Origin: an uncultured Porphyrobacter sp. | GTDB taxonomy: Bacteria > Pseudomonadota > Alphaproteobacteria > Sphingomonadales > Sphingomonadaceae | Assembly: GCA_964580445.1 (NCBI GenBank) | Contig: CAZOLE010000002.1 | Location: forward strand, 1-32,327 | Length of the DNA: 32,327 bases | Direction: 5' to 3' | Shown: in pieces, positions 17,787-26,738 of the stretch | How positions within the stretch are numbered: position 1 is the stretch's first letter | How the letters are laid out: the number at the start of each line of letters is the position of its first letter | Position numbers and translations under genes: made by a program | Notes under the pieces: model-generated | What the model saw: the letters and a program-made list of their open reading frames with translations, nothing else | Databases searched by the model: none | What the model was told of the DNA's origin: nothing

Positions 17787-17902
17787 AGCTCATAAACCCC
17801 CATTTGTATCACGAACGCATCCACCCAAGAGATGCGGATATCCAGCACCATTGAGTGTTAACCGCGCAAAGAGATAATGCGCGACACATAGACGGGACAT
17901 GC

Positions 17903-19138
17903 ATGCTCTACCAAGCTTACGAAATTCAGCGCAGCTGGATGAACAGCGTCAGCGCGCTGGCTTCGATCAGTTCAGAAATGCTCTCCAACCCAATCAATCC
18001 GCTGGGTTATATGGGCCTTGGTCCCATCGCGGCCAACGCTTTGGACGTCGTAGCCCATGCGACCGCACATTATGGGAAGCCTGCTTTCGGCATCACTGAG
18101 GTTGAAAGCGGCGGCAAGAGCTATCCGGTGATCGAGGCGACGGTGGTGAACCGTCCGTTTGGTGATCTGAAGCGCTTTCGCTTGGATGGTGTCGAGGATG
18201 ACCGACCCAAACTGCTGATCGTTGCGCCGATGAGCGGGCACTACGCCACGCTGCTGCGCGGCACAGTTGAGCGGATGCTGGAAAGTCACGAGGTTTACAT
18301 CACCGATTGGGCCGATGCGAAGACTGTTCCATTGCACGAAGGTGGTTTCGATCTCGACGACTACATCGACTATTTGATCGATTTTCTCGAGTATATTGAA
18401 CAGGTTACACCTGGCCAGCGCCCGCATATGATGGCCGTTTGCCAACCATCCGTGCCCGCATATGCTGCGACTGCGTTGATGAACTTGCGTAAATCACCCG
18501 CGACCCCGGCGACGCTGACGATGATGGGCGGACCGATTGACACGCGTGAATGCCCGACCACCGTCAACGATCACGCGATGAATCGCCCGATTGAGTGGTT
18601 CCGTCAGACGGTGATTGCGACCGTACCGATCAATTATCGCGGCGCAGGTCGCAAGGTCTATCCCGGTTTTATGCAGCTATCGGCCTTTATGAGCATGAAC
18701 CTGCAAAGCCACATGATGAGTCATTATGAGATGTTCAAACATCTAACGACCGGCGATGAGGCAAGCGCGCAGGCGACCAAGGATTTCTATGACGAGTATC
18801 GCAGCGTGTGCGACATGACAGCGGAGTTCTATCTCCAAACGGTCGAACACGTGTTCCAGAAGCACTCGATTCCCAACGGAACCTTTGAACACAAAGGCGA
18901 GATTGTTGATCTTAGCAGGATCACCAACACGGCCTTGCTGGCCGTCGAAGGCGAGCGCGATGACATTTCCGGGCTAGGCCAGACTAAAGCCGCGCTCAAA
19001 CTCGCAACCGGTTTGGACGAGAGCAAAAAGCGCTACTACATGGCGGATGGTGCCGGGCATTATGGCATCTTCAACGGCAGCCGCTGGCGGACAAAAGTGG
19101 CACCTGTGGTTGAGGAATTTGTGGCACAGTTTAGCTGA
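17903..19138 (+). CDS. phaZ: Intracellular polyhydroxyalkanoate depolymerase
   Basis: KPAFGI, LIVAPMSGHYATLLRGTV, VYITDW, AVCQP (catalytic Cys), GGPID, EGERDDISG and GHYGIFNG. Confidence 0.95.
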   Translation: MLYQAYEIQRSWMNSVSALASISSEMLSNPINPLGYMGLGPIAANALDVVAHATAHYGKPAFGITEVESGGKSYPVIEATVVNRPFGDLKRFRLDGVEDDRPKLLIVAPMSGHYATLLRGTVERMLESHEVYITDWADAKTVPLHEGGFDLDDYIDYLIDFLEYIEQVTPGQRPHMMAVCQPSVPAYAATALMNLRKSPATPATLTMMGGPIDTRECPTTVNDHAMNRPIEWFRQTVIATVPINYRGAGRKVYPGFMQLSAFMSMNLQSHMMSHYEMFKHLTTGDEASAQATKDFYDEYRSVCDMTAEFYLQTVEHVFQKHSIPNGTFEHKGEIVDLSRITNTALLAVEGERDDISGLGQTKAALKLATGLDESKKRYYMADGAGHYGIFNGSRWRTKVAPVVEEFVAQFS

Positions 19139-19219
19139 CAAACGCCTCTTGCATCGCTCCCGGCGCAATCTAGATTGCTGTAACGTAGATCGATTTGCGG
19201 GCATGGATTGAGGGGGTTC

Positions 19220-20122
19220 ATGATGCTTCGACGGCTATTTTTGATCTCAACCTCGCTATTGCTTATCGCCGCCTTGGTTGGCGGTGGGGTGATGCTAGCG
19301 AATGATTGGAATTTTTCAGATTTGCGCCGAGAAGCGCGAATCGCTCTGGGGCTTCCAAAGTTCTGGAGCACCAATTTTCATGAAGACGTCTCAAGCAAGA
19401 CCGTGATTGACTGCCCTTCGCGTGATGCCTTGGTGATAGTTACAGGTGGCCAATCAAATGCGGCCAACTCTTATGGCGATGTCGATTCAACCGAAACCGA
19501 TCCGCAACTTGCTATGGTTCACGGTGGAAAGTGCTACGCGCTCGAAAGTCCGGTTCTAGGCGCCACAGCGCGCGGAGAGAGCCTATGGCCACGTCTCGGG
19601 CAAGCGTTGGCCAATCGATATGACCGCCCGGTCGTCTTTATCAACGGCGCAGTCGGCACAACGCAAGTCAGCGACTGGCTGGATGATCGCTCCGGCTATC
19701 TTGAGAGGATCAACAGTTCGATAAGCGACGCCCAACAACTGGGTTACCAACCCAATCTAGTGCTCTGGATTCAAGGAGAAACCGACGCCGGCATCAAAGT
19801 CGATCCGGAAGCGTTCAAGAACGACTTTGAATCCCTTATTGGCAAAGTCGATTCTGTCATTGCAAAGGGTGGGGCAGCCGCAGATTGGGTGCTCTACCGC
19901 AGTTCCTATTGCAAAGGCCGCGAGAATAACGGCCCTGAGCTAGAGGCGGCTATCGCGCAACTCACAGAAGAAAAAGGCGATAGGCTATACCTTGGCCCAA
20001 CTTTGACCCCTTATGACGACACGTATCGATGGGATGGTTGTCACCTGAATAGGAAAGGGCGCGATAGGCTGATTGAGGATACAATGGCGTTTTTGGAAGC
20101 CAACAACTCACTCGTTGAGTAA
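19220..20122 (+). CDS. Membrane-anchored SGNH hydrolase, sialate O-acetylesterase (SASA/CE6)-like
   Basis: N-terminal TM segment; GQSN, WIQGETD and DGCHLN catalytic blocks. Confidence 0.85.
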   Translation: MMLRRLFLISTSLLLIAALVGGGVMLANDWNFSDLRREARIALGLPKFWSTNFHEDVSSKTVIDCPSRDALVIVTGGQSNAANSYGDVDSTETDPQLAMVHGGKCYALESPVLGATARGESLWPRLGQALANRYDRPVVFINGAVGTTQVSDWLDDRSGYLERINSSISDAQQLGYQPNLVLWIQGETDAGIKVDPEAFKNDFESLIGKVDSVIAKGGAAADWVLYRSSYCKGRENNGPELEAAIAQLTEEKGDRLYLGPTLTPYDDTYRWDGCHLNRKGRDRLIEDTMAFLEANNSLVE

Positions 20123-20214
20123 CGCTTGACCGCTCCACCTCTGGTTCTTTCAGAAGAATGGATAGCTTCACGAACATGCTCCCTATCCTGAGCATGATGA
20201 CGCTGTTCAACGTC

Positions 20215-20270
20215 AAGTTGCGCCTGTGGTTGAGGAGTTTGCGGCCGCGCATTCCGACCAGAACGCTTAG
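20215..20270 (+). repeat. Diverged duplicate of the phaZ 3' end (gene-tail remnant)
   Basis: 20215-20245 matches 19095-19125 at 27/31 nt. The copy translates QVAPVVEEFAAAHSDQNA* versus PhaZ KVAPVVEEFVAQFS*. Confidence 0.85.
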
Positions 20271-20302
20271 TGTGGCCTGATTGTGAGAAATCTATCCAAT
20301 TC

Positions 20303-20731
20303 TTACCAACCGTCACGCTTGCTTAAGAGCGCCAACTTGATGTGGATGTTTCCTAGCAGCCGATTGGGTTTACCCTCTTCGGCAAGCACGCTGTATCCCG
20401 CCACATAAAAAGTACCCTCTTGCGCGATTGGCTCAACAGCTTGGCATGAAGTATGCTCCAGCGGCAATTGTATGGTGAGCGCGTTCTCGCCAGATCGCGG
20501 TTCGTCAGGCTGATAGACTTGCAAGAAAGCTGCGCTGTAAAGTTCGCGATCTTTGGTTGGAGGCAAGACCTTTACCCGATATTGTTTCGTTCCAGCAGGG
20601 AGGTTCGCAATAGGCTCTTTGCTTGTGTAAGTTAGAGTTTCTTCGCCATAGTTGCGACATGCGTTGGCCGCAGAAGGAACCACCAAAAGCGCCAATGACG
20701 CGCTGCCCAATGCAATTGCTTTTTTCCTCAT
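20303..20731 (-). CDS. Hypothetical secreted protein
   Basis: MRKK plus hydrophobic signal ending ANA|C; SD AAAGGA upstream of ATG 20731; no family recognised. Confidence 0.7.
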   Translation of the reverse strand: MRKKAIALGSASLALLVVPSAANACRNYGEETLTYTSKEPIANLPAGTKQYRVKVLPPTKDRELYSAAFLQVYQPDEPRSGENALTIQLPLEHTSCQAVEPIAQEGTFYVAGYSVLAEEGKPNRLLGNIHIKLALLSKRDGW

Positions 20732-20898
20732 CAGCTGGTTTCCTTTTGCAAACCTCTCGAAGGCCAAAGCCAAACTATGACCCGGCCCTTTATCGCTGCT
20801 GAACACTACGGATATTAATTATACGAAACAGGTCGATAACGGAATCGCAGTTGCCGACTTGGGCGCAGTGAAGAACCGACAATCTGCAATCGCACCTC

Positions 20899-20926
20899 TT
20901 GCCGGAATCGCGTCGGTTCCTATGAT
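20899..20926 (+). promoter_or_regulatory. Putative sigma70 promoter giving a leaderless transcript
   Basis: TTGCCG-N16-TATGAT ends 6 nt before ATG 20933. Confidence 0.5.
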
Positions 20927-20932
20927 CGAGGC

Positions 20933-21361
20933 ATGATCAAACCTTCTACCATTGTGGGTGCAGCCCTCCTGATTGCTGCTTGTTCTGAGCAATCGCCACC
21001 GCTTCCGCCGCTTTTGCAAGACGCAACAACAACTGGCGGCATCACTGACCTTTGTGAAGACAATGACGCTGAGCCAAGCGAGCCAGTGACCAATGCGTCC
21101 ACGGTATCGCATTCTCCCGAAATTGTGGAGCGTCTGGAGCGGGACTTCCCGCGCGGTTCAAACAGCGAAGACTTGAAGGCAGCGCTTCTCGAAATGGGCT
21201 TTAAGATGCTCCCATGCCCCGGCGCTTTCGCTGCCCGCTTTGATCAAGCCGATGGGGATGAGAGCAATTCAAAGCAAATCACTTCGACCATCGTCTGGAA
21301 AGCTGACCCAGATGGGCGCATCGTTTGGACGACGGGCGACATTGCTTACACTGGTCGGTGA
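20933..21361 (+). CDS. Hypothetical lipoprotein
   Basis: Lipobox IAAC; RDFPRGS---L---L--MGF segment. Confidence 0.72.
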   Translation: MIKPSTIVGAALLIAACSEQSPPLPPLLQDATTTGGITDLCEDNDAEPSEPVTNASTVSHSPEIVERLERDFPRGSNSEDLKAALLEMGFKMLPCPGAFAARFDQADGDESNSKQITSTIVWKADPDGRIVWTTGDIAYTGR

Positions 21362-21607
21362 TGTCCGGCTTCTTGGCCCCGGCTGCGGGCTAGTGCGTGA
21401 GGCCAACTGACCGCCGAAAAGAATATTTCGCAGCTTCGCGGTTGGAGCATATTACGAGGTCTGATCGTCCGCAGCTCGCATTGTTGAATATTGATCGAGT
21501 GGAGTGGCTTTCGCTCGGCTTCTTGGCTGATTTGGTCGTGCTACGTAGAATGTTCTCTTGAGAATTTTGCCAAGTTTATCCCTTCGCGTGCCAGAAAGGT
21601 TCTGATC

Positions 21608-22348
21608 ATGTCAGTCTACCCTGTAACTTCCCGACTTCCGCAGGTGGATACCCCTGCCATGGTCGAGGTCGATCGCCTGATGATGGAAGATTATCAGATC
21701 AACCTGTTCCAGATGATGGAAAATGCGGGCCGCTGTCTGGCGCGGTTGACGCGCGACGTTGCATTGAACGGATCGGCTGAGGGCAAGCGGGTTGTGGTTC
21801 TTGCAGGCGGTGGTGGCAATGGCGGCGGTGCGTTGACGGCGGCTCGCCGGCTGGCGAGTTGGGGGGCGGACGTTACCGTTGGTCTGGGGCAGAAGCCGGA
21901 TGCCATGGCGCCAGTGCCACTTCATCAATTGCAGATTTTGGAGAAGATGGAGCGGATCACCGTCGGGCGGCCCGAAGATGCTGGCGCAGCGGACGCGGTG
22001 TTGGACGGGTTGGTGGGGTACTCACTGTCTGGTCCGCCATACGGTCGTATCACGGAGCTGATCGAATGGGCCAACACTTGCCCTGCGCCGACCTTCTCGT
22101 TGGATGTACCCTCTGGATTTGACGCCACGCGCGCTCGGGTGCTGGAACCTGCGGTCCGAGCAGCGGCAACACTCACAATCGCGCTGCCCAAGGCAGGTTT
22201 GCAAGATGAGCTGACGGCAGATATTCGCGGCGCGTTATATTGCTGCGATATCTCGGTACCACCGGAGCTATATTTGCAATTGCCAGAGCCTTTGGAAGTG
22301 GGGGCGATTTTTGCGCAAGATGATATTGTGCGGGTGGATGTGGGCTAA
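21608..22348 (+). CDS. nnrE: Stand-alone NAD(P)H-hydrate epimerase (YjeF N-terminal domain)
   Basis: MMENAG, VLAGGGGNGGGAL, LDGLVGY, SLDVPSG, TLTIALPK and DISVP; SD AAAGGT before ATG 21608; no dehydratase domain. Confidence 0.88.
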   Translation: MSVYPVTSRLPQVDTPAMVEVDRLMMEDYQINLFQMMENAGRCLARLTRDVALNGSAEGKRVVVLAGGGGNGGGALTAARRLASWGADVTVGLGQKPDAMAPVPLHQLQILEKMERITVGRPEDAGAADAVLDGLVGYSLSGPPYGRITELIEWANTCPAPTFSLDVPSGFDATRARVLEPAVRAAATLTIALPKAGLQDELTADIRGALYCCDISVPPELYLQLPEPLEVGAIFAQDDIVRVDVG

Positions 22349-22402
22349 GCGGGTTTTCGGAAAAGCGGGAACCGATTTTCGGTTAAGAACCTCAAAAACC
22401 GC
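22349..22402. repeat. Nested inverted repeat (MITE/RIME-like element or terminator)
   Basis: Outer GCGGGTTTT/AAAAACCGC and inner AACCGA/TCGGTT, directly after the nnrE stop. Confidence 0.45.
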
Positions 22403-22495
22403 GACTTTAGACAGATGAATCATAGACTTACCCAAGCAAATGTGCCTGTACTTGCGTCAATGTCTGCTTTCCACCCCCAGTTCCAAACTGACCCG

Positions 22496-23095
22496 TTACC
22501 CCTCACCTTTGGGGCTTCGAAAAAACAATCGCTTAAAGATTTTACGCGCGATCCAAAGCAACCCGATCACGACCACCAACAGCACCACCGCGATGCCTCC
22601 CGCAACCAGCGGATAAGAATAGGCCGTAAACAACAGCCCGGCGGTCGCGACATCCTCTGTCGTTGAGACCAGCGCGTTGCTCACCGGCTCTGGCGAGGTG
22701 TTGACCACCGCCCGCGTGCTCGCTTTGCCGCCATGCGCGAGAAAGCTTGCCCCGCCGCCCAGCAGGAACGCGATGACCTGCGTAGTTGGGTCAGAAGGGT
22801 CGACAATCGCCAGTGCGAGGAGTGCTCCGCCCACGGGGCGCACAAGCGTGTGAATTGTGTCCCATGCCGTATCAAGCCACATCACTTTGTCGGCAAAGAA
22901 CTCTGCGATCGCGCCGACCGCTGCGATGCCCATTACCCAAGGATTTTCGAGCACGCCGAGGCTCGCCAAATGCTCTGGCACCGGGATCAAATCGTATCGC
23001 ATCGCCAGGCCAGTTGCGAAGACGCACAGATAGAGCCGCCAGCCGCTAAGTAAGCTAACGCTGGCCGCAATACCGATGATTTCCATTATGCCCAT
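22496..23095 (-). CDS. DUF4126-family membrane protein
   Basis: LSGWRLY, EFFADKV-W-D--WD-IHT--RP and SPEPVSN---S--ED motifs. Confidence 0.85.
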   Translation of the reverse strand: MGIMEIIGIAASVSLLSGWRLYLCVFATGLAMRYDLIPVPEHLASLGVLENPWVMGIAAVGAIAEFFADKVMWLDTAWDTIHTLVRPVGGALLALAIVDPSDPTTQVIAFLLGGGASFLAHGGKASTRAVVNTSPEPVSNALVSTTEDVATAGLLFTAYSYPLVAGGIAVVLLVVVIGLLWIARKIFKRLFFRSPKGEG

Positions 23096-23122
23096 GACGC
23101 CTGTTTAGCCTGAAACGCATGC

Positions 23123-23160
23123 AAAGAAAAAGGCGACGCAAGATTGCTCCCGCGCCGCCT
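23123..23160 (-). terminator. Rho-independent terminator of the maoC-thiolase unit
   Basis: Minus strand reads AGGCGGCGCGGGA-GCAA-TCTTGCGTCGCCT then TTTTCTTT: a 13-bp stem with G-U pairs and a GNRA loop. Confidence 0.8.
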
Positions 23161-23211
23161 GCATTTGTTTTGAGCCTAGCCACGCGCTCGGAGCGGCTAG
23201 CGCAAACCTAA

Positions 23212-24393
23212 TCAAAACACCTCAAACAGTCCTGCTGCGCCCATGCCGCCGCCGACACACATAGTGACGACAACATACTTTGCACCGCGGCGCTTGCCTT
23301 CGATTAAAGCGTGGCCGGTGCAGCGCGCTCCGGTCATACCGTAAGGGTGGCCGATGGAGATCGAGCCGCCATTGACGTTGAGAATATCATTGTCGATGCC
23401 GAGACGGTCGCGGCAGTAGAGCACTTGCACTGCGAACGCTTCGTTCAGCTCCCACAGGCCGATATCGTCCATGGTAAGCCCGGTTTGCTTGAGCAATTTC
23501 GGGATCGCAAAGACGGGGCCAATGCCCATCTCATCAGGCTCTGTTCCCGCAACCGCCATGCCGACATAACGGCCCAATGGCTGCAGACCCTTTTGCTCTG
23601 CCAATTTGGCTTCCATCAGCACGCTGGCCGAAGAACCATCGGAAAGCTGCGATGCGTTACCTGCGGTGATGACTTTGTCCGGGCCCATAACGGGGCCAAG
23701 ACCTTGCAGCCCTTCCAACGTGGTCGATGGACGGTTGCCTTCATCCTTTGTGATGGTGACTTCTTGCTCGCTGACTTCGCCGGTGGCTTTGTCTTTCACC
23801 ATCATCGTGGTGGTGCATGGCACGATCTCATCATCGAACTTGCCCGCTTCCTGACCAGCAGCCGTGCGCATCTGCGATTGCAGCGCATATTCGTCCTGAA
23901 CTTCGCGGCTAATGCCATAGCGTTCGGCCACGGTTTCTGCGGTTTGCAGCATCGGCATATAGACATTGCCATGCATGGCGAGGAGCGACTTATCCATCGC
24001 AACGCGCATTTCAGGGGTTTGGACGAGGCTGATCGAGTCCTGACCGCCGCCCACAACAACATCCATATTGTCGACCACGATCTGTTTTGCAGCCGTTGAA
24101 ATCGCCATCAGGCCCGAAGAACACTGGCGGTCAATCGTCTGAGCAGCAACGGTTACAGGAGCTCCACCGCGCAAAGCGACTTGGCGACCGATATTGCCGG
24201 CTTGCGTGCCTTGGGTGAGGACCGCGCCCCACACGACATCATCAACTTCGCCGCCTTCAATACCAGCGCGCTCGACTGCGGCTTGATAGGAAAAGGCGCC
24301 CAAAGTTGCACCGGGAGTGGCGTTAAATCCGCCTTTGTAAGCGCGGCCAATCGGCGTGCGCGCGGTGGAAACGATGACTGCTTCACGTGACAT
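23212..24393 (-). CDS. Thiolase (acetyl-CoA C-acyltransferase)
   Basis: [39 protein letters not shown] and MCVGGGMG. Confidence 0.95.
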   Translation of the reverse strand: MSREAVIVSTARTPIGRAYKGGFNATPGATLGAFSYQAAVERAGIEGGEVDDVVWGAVLTQGTQAGNIGRQVALRGGAPVTVAAQTIDRQCSSGLMAISTAAKQIVVDNMDVVVGGGQDSISLVQTPEMRVAMDKSLLAMHGNVYMPMLQTAETVAERYGISREVQDEYALQSQMRTAAGQEAGKFDDEIVPCTTTMMVKDKATGEVSEQEVTITKDEGNRPSTTLEGLQGLGPVMGPDKVITAGNASQLSDGSSASVLMEAKLAEQKGLQPLGRYVGMAVAGTEPDEMGIGPVFAIPKLLKQTGLTMDDIGLWELNEAFAVQVLYCRDRLGIDNDILNVNGGSISIGHPYGMTGARCTGHALIEGKRRGAKYVVVTMCVGGGMGAAGLFEVF

Positions 24394-24483
24394 GGTTGGG
24401 GGTGTCCTTTCAGAAGGGGTAATTAGGTCCAATGCTCTCGTTTTGGGGAGCGCCGCTTTCCCGAGCGGAAAGCTCAGAACCGA

Positions 24484-24936
24484 TCAGAGAAAGTAGAGCG
24501 TCATCCACTCACAAATCAGAGCGGGTTTATCCTCGCCTTCGATCTCAATCGTGATCTCGCAAGTTTGCTGCCACTGACCGGGCCGCTTTTCGAGCATTTC
24601 GGTAAGCTTCCAATGACCGCGAATACGCTTGCCTGATTTCACCGGCGCGATGAAGCGGGTTTTGTTGCCGCCGTAATTGACCGCCATTTTGATCCCATCG
24701 AGGCGCGGTACATCGCTTTTCATGGTAAGGGCAGGGATCATGGAAAGCGTCATAAAGCCGTGCGCGATAGTGCCGCCAAAGGGCGTCATTTTTGCGGCTT
24801 CTTCATTGACGTGAATGAATTGGTGATCGCCTGTCGCATCGGCGAACATGTTGATCTTTTCCTGTGTCATCTCGACCCATTCGCTGGTGCCGATGTTTTC
24901 GCCGACTTTCTCGGCGATTTCTTGAGCTGTAGGCAT
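24484..24936 (-). CDS. MaoC-family (NodN-like) hydratase
   Basis: FADATGDHQFIH, FGGTIAHG and NYG---RF-APV; SD GAGGAGG. Confidence 0.92.
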   Translation of the reverse strand: MPTAQEIAEKVGENIGTSEWVEMTQEKINMFADATGDHQFIHVNEEAAKMTPFGGTIAHGFMTLSMIPALTMKSDVPRLDGIKMAVNYGGNKTRFIAPVKSGKRIRGHWKLTEMLEKRPGQWQQTCEITIEIEGEDKPALICEWMTLYFL

Positions 24937-25051
24937 CAGGTATCCTCCTCAAATCTAAGCGGTGCGAGAGAATCCCCGCGTGGTCCGCGCTGTTTTTCTG
25001 GTGGATACATGGCACCGCAGATGAGGCGATGCAACGCTTGGAATTGTGCCG

Positions 25052-26425
25052 TTACGGCATTGCGGGAGCGGGGACGCGTGCCGGACGCCGCGTGATACGG
25101 TCGCCTTCCTTGGCCTTACTGTCCAGCCGCTTTGTGTAACCCCACAAGGCAATTTGCAGACCCATGACAATCATGATGAACGGCTGGAACGCAATACCAA
25201 CGAACATCGCGCCCACGAGGTAGATGAGGTGGGCTTGCTGCAAAGCCAGCGCAAGCGGAGAAACCCAGCATTCATGCTCGGCATCTTTGCCTTTCCATCT
25301 GCGTTTGACTTTCTGCATCTGCGAAAGACCCAAAATGTGAAGCGCCAAAAACAGGCCCAGCCCAATCCAACCTTGCTCACCCAGCATCTCAAAATAGCTT
25401 GAGTGATAGGCGCGCGCTTCGTCGACAACCTCCTGCTCAGTTATAACTTCCGATGAGCTGCCTTCGTTCACGGTGCGCGTCTTGTATGAGAAGCTGTTGC
25501 TACGATAGGCGGTAAAACCGCCCCCCTTGGGGTTATCGATGGCGTAATCGACGGTCCACTTCCAAACCGCGACCCGGCTTGATGCAGATTCGTCAGATTG
25601 GAAGTTGACGATAGTCTCCATCCGTTCGGTGAAAGAAGCGGGTAGGAAGGGCACCGAAATCACAAATGCGGTTCCCAAGAGGAAGCCATAGGCCAGGCGA
25701 TTCTTCATCTGCAAAATCAACAATCCAGCAAAGACTGCGAGGCAAACAAGCCCGGTGCGCGCGCTGGTCCCAATGGGAATGAGAGCCGCCGCAAAGGTAT
25801 AGCCAATCGCGAAGGCTTTGGTCTGCCAATTGCGCGGGAAGACCGTTCCATAGCTCGCCAGCCACCACATCAGCGGGATCGCTGTGATCGCAGCACAGGC
25901 GATGGTCGAGCTTTCATAGAGGCCGGAATTGTTGTCAACGAGCAAACGCAGCGTGCCATAGCCCCCGCCGCCAAAGACGGTTTTGACGCCGCCATTGATC
26001 ACAATCGTTCCGAGCGCGAGAATGTAGAACAGTACTGCGCTTTCCAGCCTGACCCGAGTTGTGATCGTCATCGGCAGGAACGCCGCAAAGATCAGCGTCT
26101 TCCAAACCCAAGCCCATTTTTCCCAAGCCGTATCAGCGAAATCGGCGGTGATTGTCGTCATCAGGCAATAGCCCAGAAGCGCGATCATCAAGCCTTGGCG
26201 AAGGCCAAAGCGCGCCTGCTTCTTGGTTGTGTCGAACAAAATCCACCCTGCAAAAACAGCACCGAAAGCGATCAGCGACATCGGAATATGGGTGAGTATC
26301 TGTGTTCCCACTTTGTTGGGTGAGACGATGTCCACATACAAATAAAGCAACACCCACAGGAACGGGCGGCGCAGTCCGAGCACCAATATTGCCGCAAAGA
26401 AGGCGAGCAGAAAAATCTCTGTCAC
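25052..26425 (-). CDS. Putative O-glycosylation ligase (Wzy_C/WaaL-like), exosortase A / PEP-CTERM system-associated
   Basis: Multi-pass membrane protein; T-ARTG, D-SA-SR---W and HSSYFEMLGEQG motifs; GTG start; neighbours a Daro_2409-type glycosyltransferase. Confidence 0.85.
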   Translation of the reverse strand: MTEIFLLAFFAAILVLGLRRPFLWVLLYLYVDIVSPNKVGTQILTHIPMSLIAFGAVFAGWILFDTTKKQARFGLRQGLMIALLGYCLMTTITADFADTAWEKWAWVWKTLIFAAFLPMTITTRVRLESAVLFYILALGTIVINGGVKTVFGGGGYGTLRLLVDNNSGLYESSTIACAAITAIPLMWWLASYGTVFPRNWQTKAFAIGYTFAAALIPIGTSARTGLVCLAVFAGLLILQMKNRLAYGFLLGTAFVISVPFLPASFTERMETIVNFQSDESASSRVAVWKWTVDYAIDNPKGGGFTAYRSNSFSYKTRTVNEGSSSEVITEQEVVDEARAYHSSYFEMLGEQGWIGLGLFLALHILGLSQMQKVKRRWKGKDAEHECWVSPLALALQQAHLIYLVGAMFVGIAFQPFIMIVMGLQIALWGYTKRLDSKAKEGDRITRRPARVPAPAMP

Positions 26426-26595
26426 GTGCGTGGCCTCACACGCGATCGGCCTTTGCGGGCTGGTTTCTGAGGCAAATCTTCTACCGGGTTTAGTTGTATT
26501 TCTGGGTCACGCTCCAGATCATCGCGCAGCATGATGCGCCATGCCGCAAGCAGCATGATCGCATGAGTCAGCGCAATTGTTAGGATGTTGACCAC
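26422..26595 (-). CDS. Small membrane protein, hypothetical
   Basis: GTG 26595 gives MVNILTIALTHAIMLLAAWRIMLRDDLERDP...; GTGA overlap with the ligase start. Confidence 0.65.
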   Translation of the reverse strand: MVNILTIALTHAIMLLAAWRIMLRDDLERDPEIQLNPVEDLPQKPARKGRSRVRPRT

Positions 26596-26738
26596 AATAA
26601 TCCTCGGTTCGAACGCCATTGAAAGGAGGCGCAAAGGGACTGGTAACGATTTTGGTTTAACACCTTACTAAGCACGAAATTGTGGATGTGCGCGCAACCG
26701 GTTTGATCGCGTTCCACTGCTAATGAGGCGCGCGATTG

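Noticed and set aside
19139-22495. Calling the islet a prophage, ICE, integron or CRISPR array
   Set aside because: No integrase, transposase or phage genes and no regularly spaced identical repeats.
23176-23200. Hairpins CTAGCC...GGCTAG here and GCTTTCC/GGAAAGC at 24455-24473
   Set aside because: Ordinary intergenic stem-loops with no clear second copy in the window.
26641-26656. Sigma54-like TGGTAACGATTTTGG upstream of the PEP-CTERM locus
   Set aside because: The -12 position reads GG rather than the conserved GC, and the -24 element is also imperfect.
26657-26671. CtrA-like TTAA-N7-CTAA
   Set aside because: One mismatch in an AT-rich promoter region; plausible but not supportable from this sequence alone.
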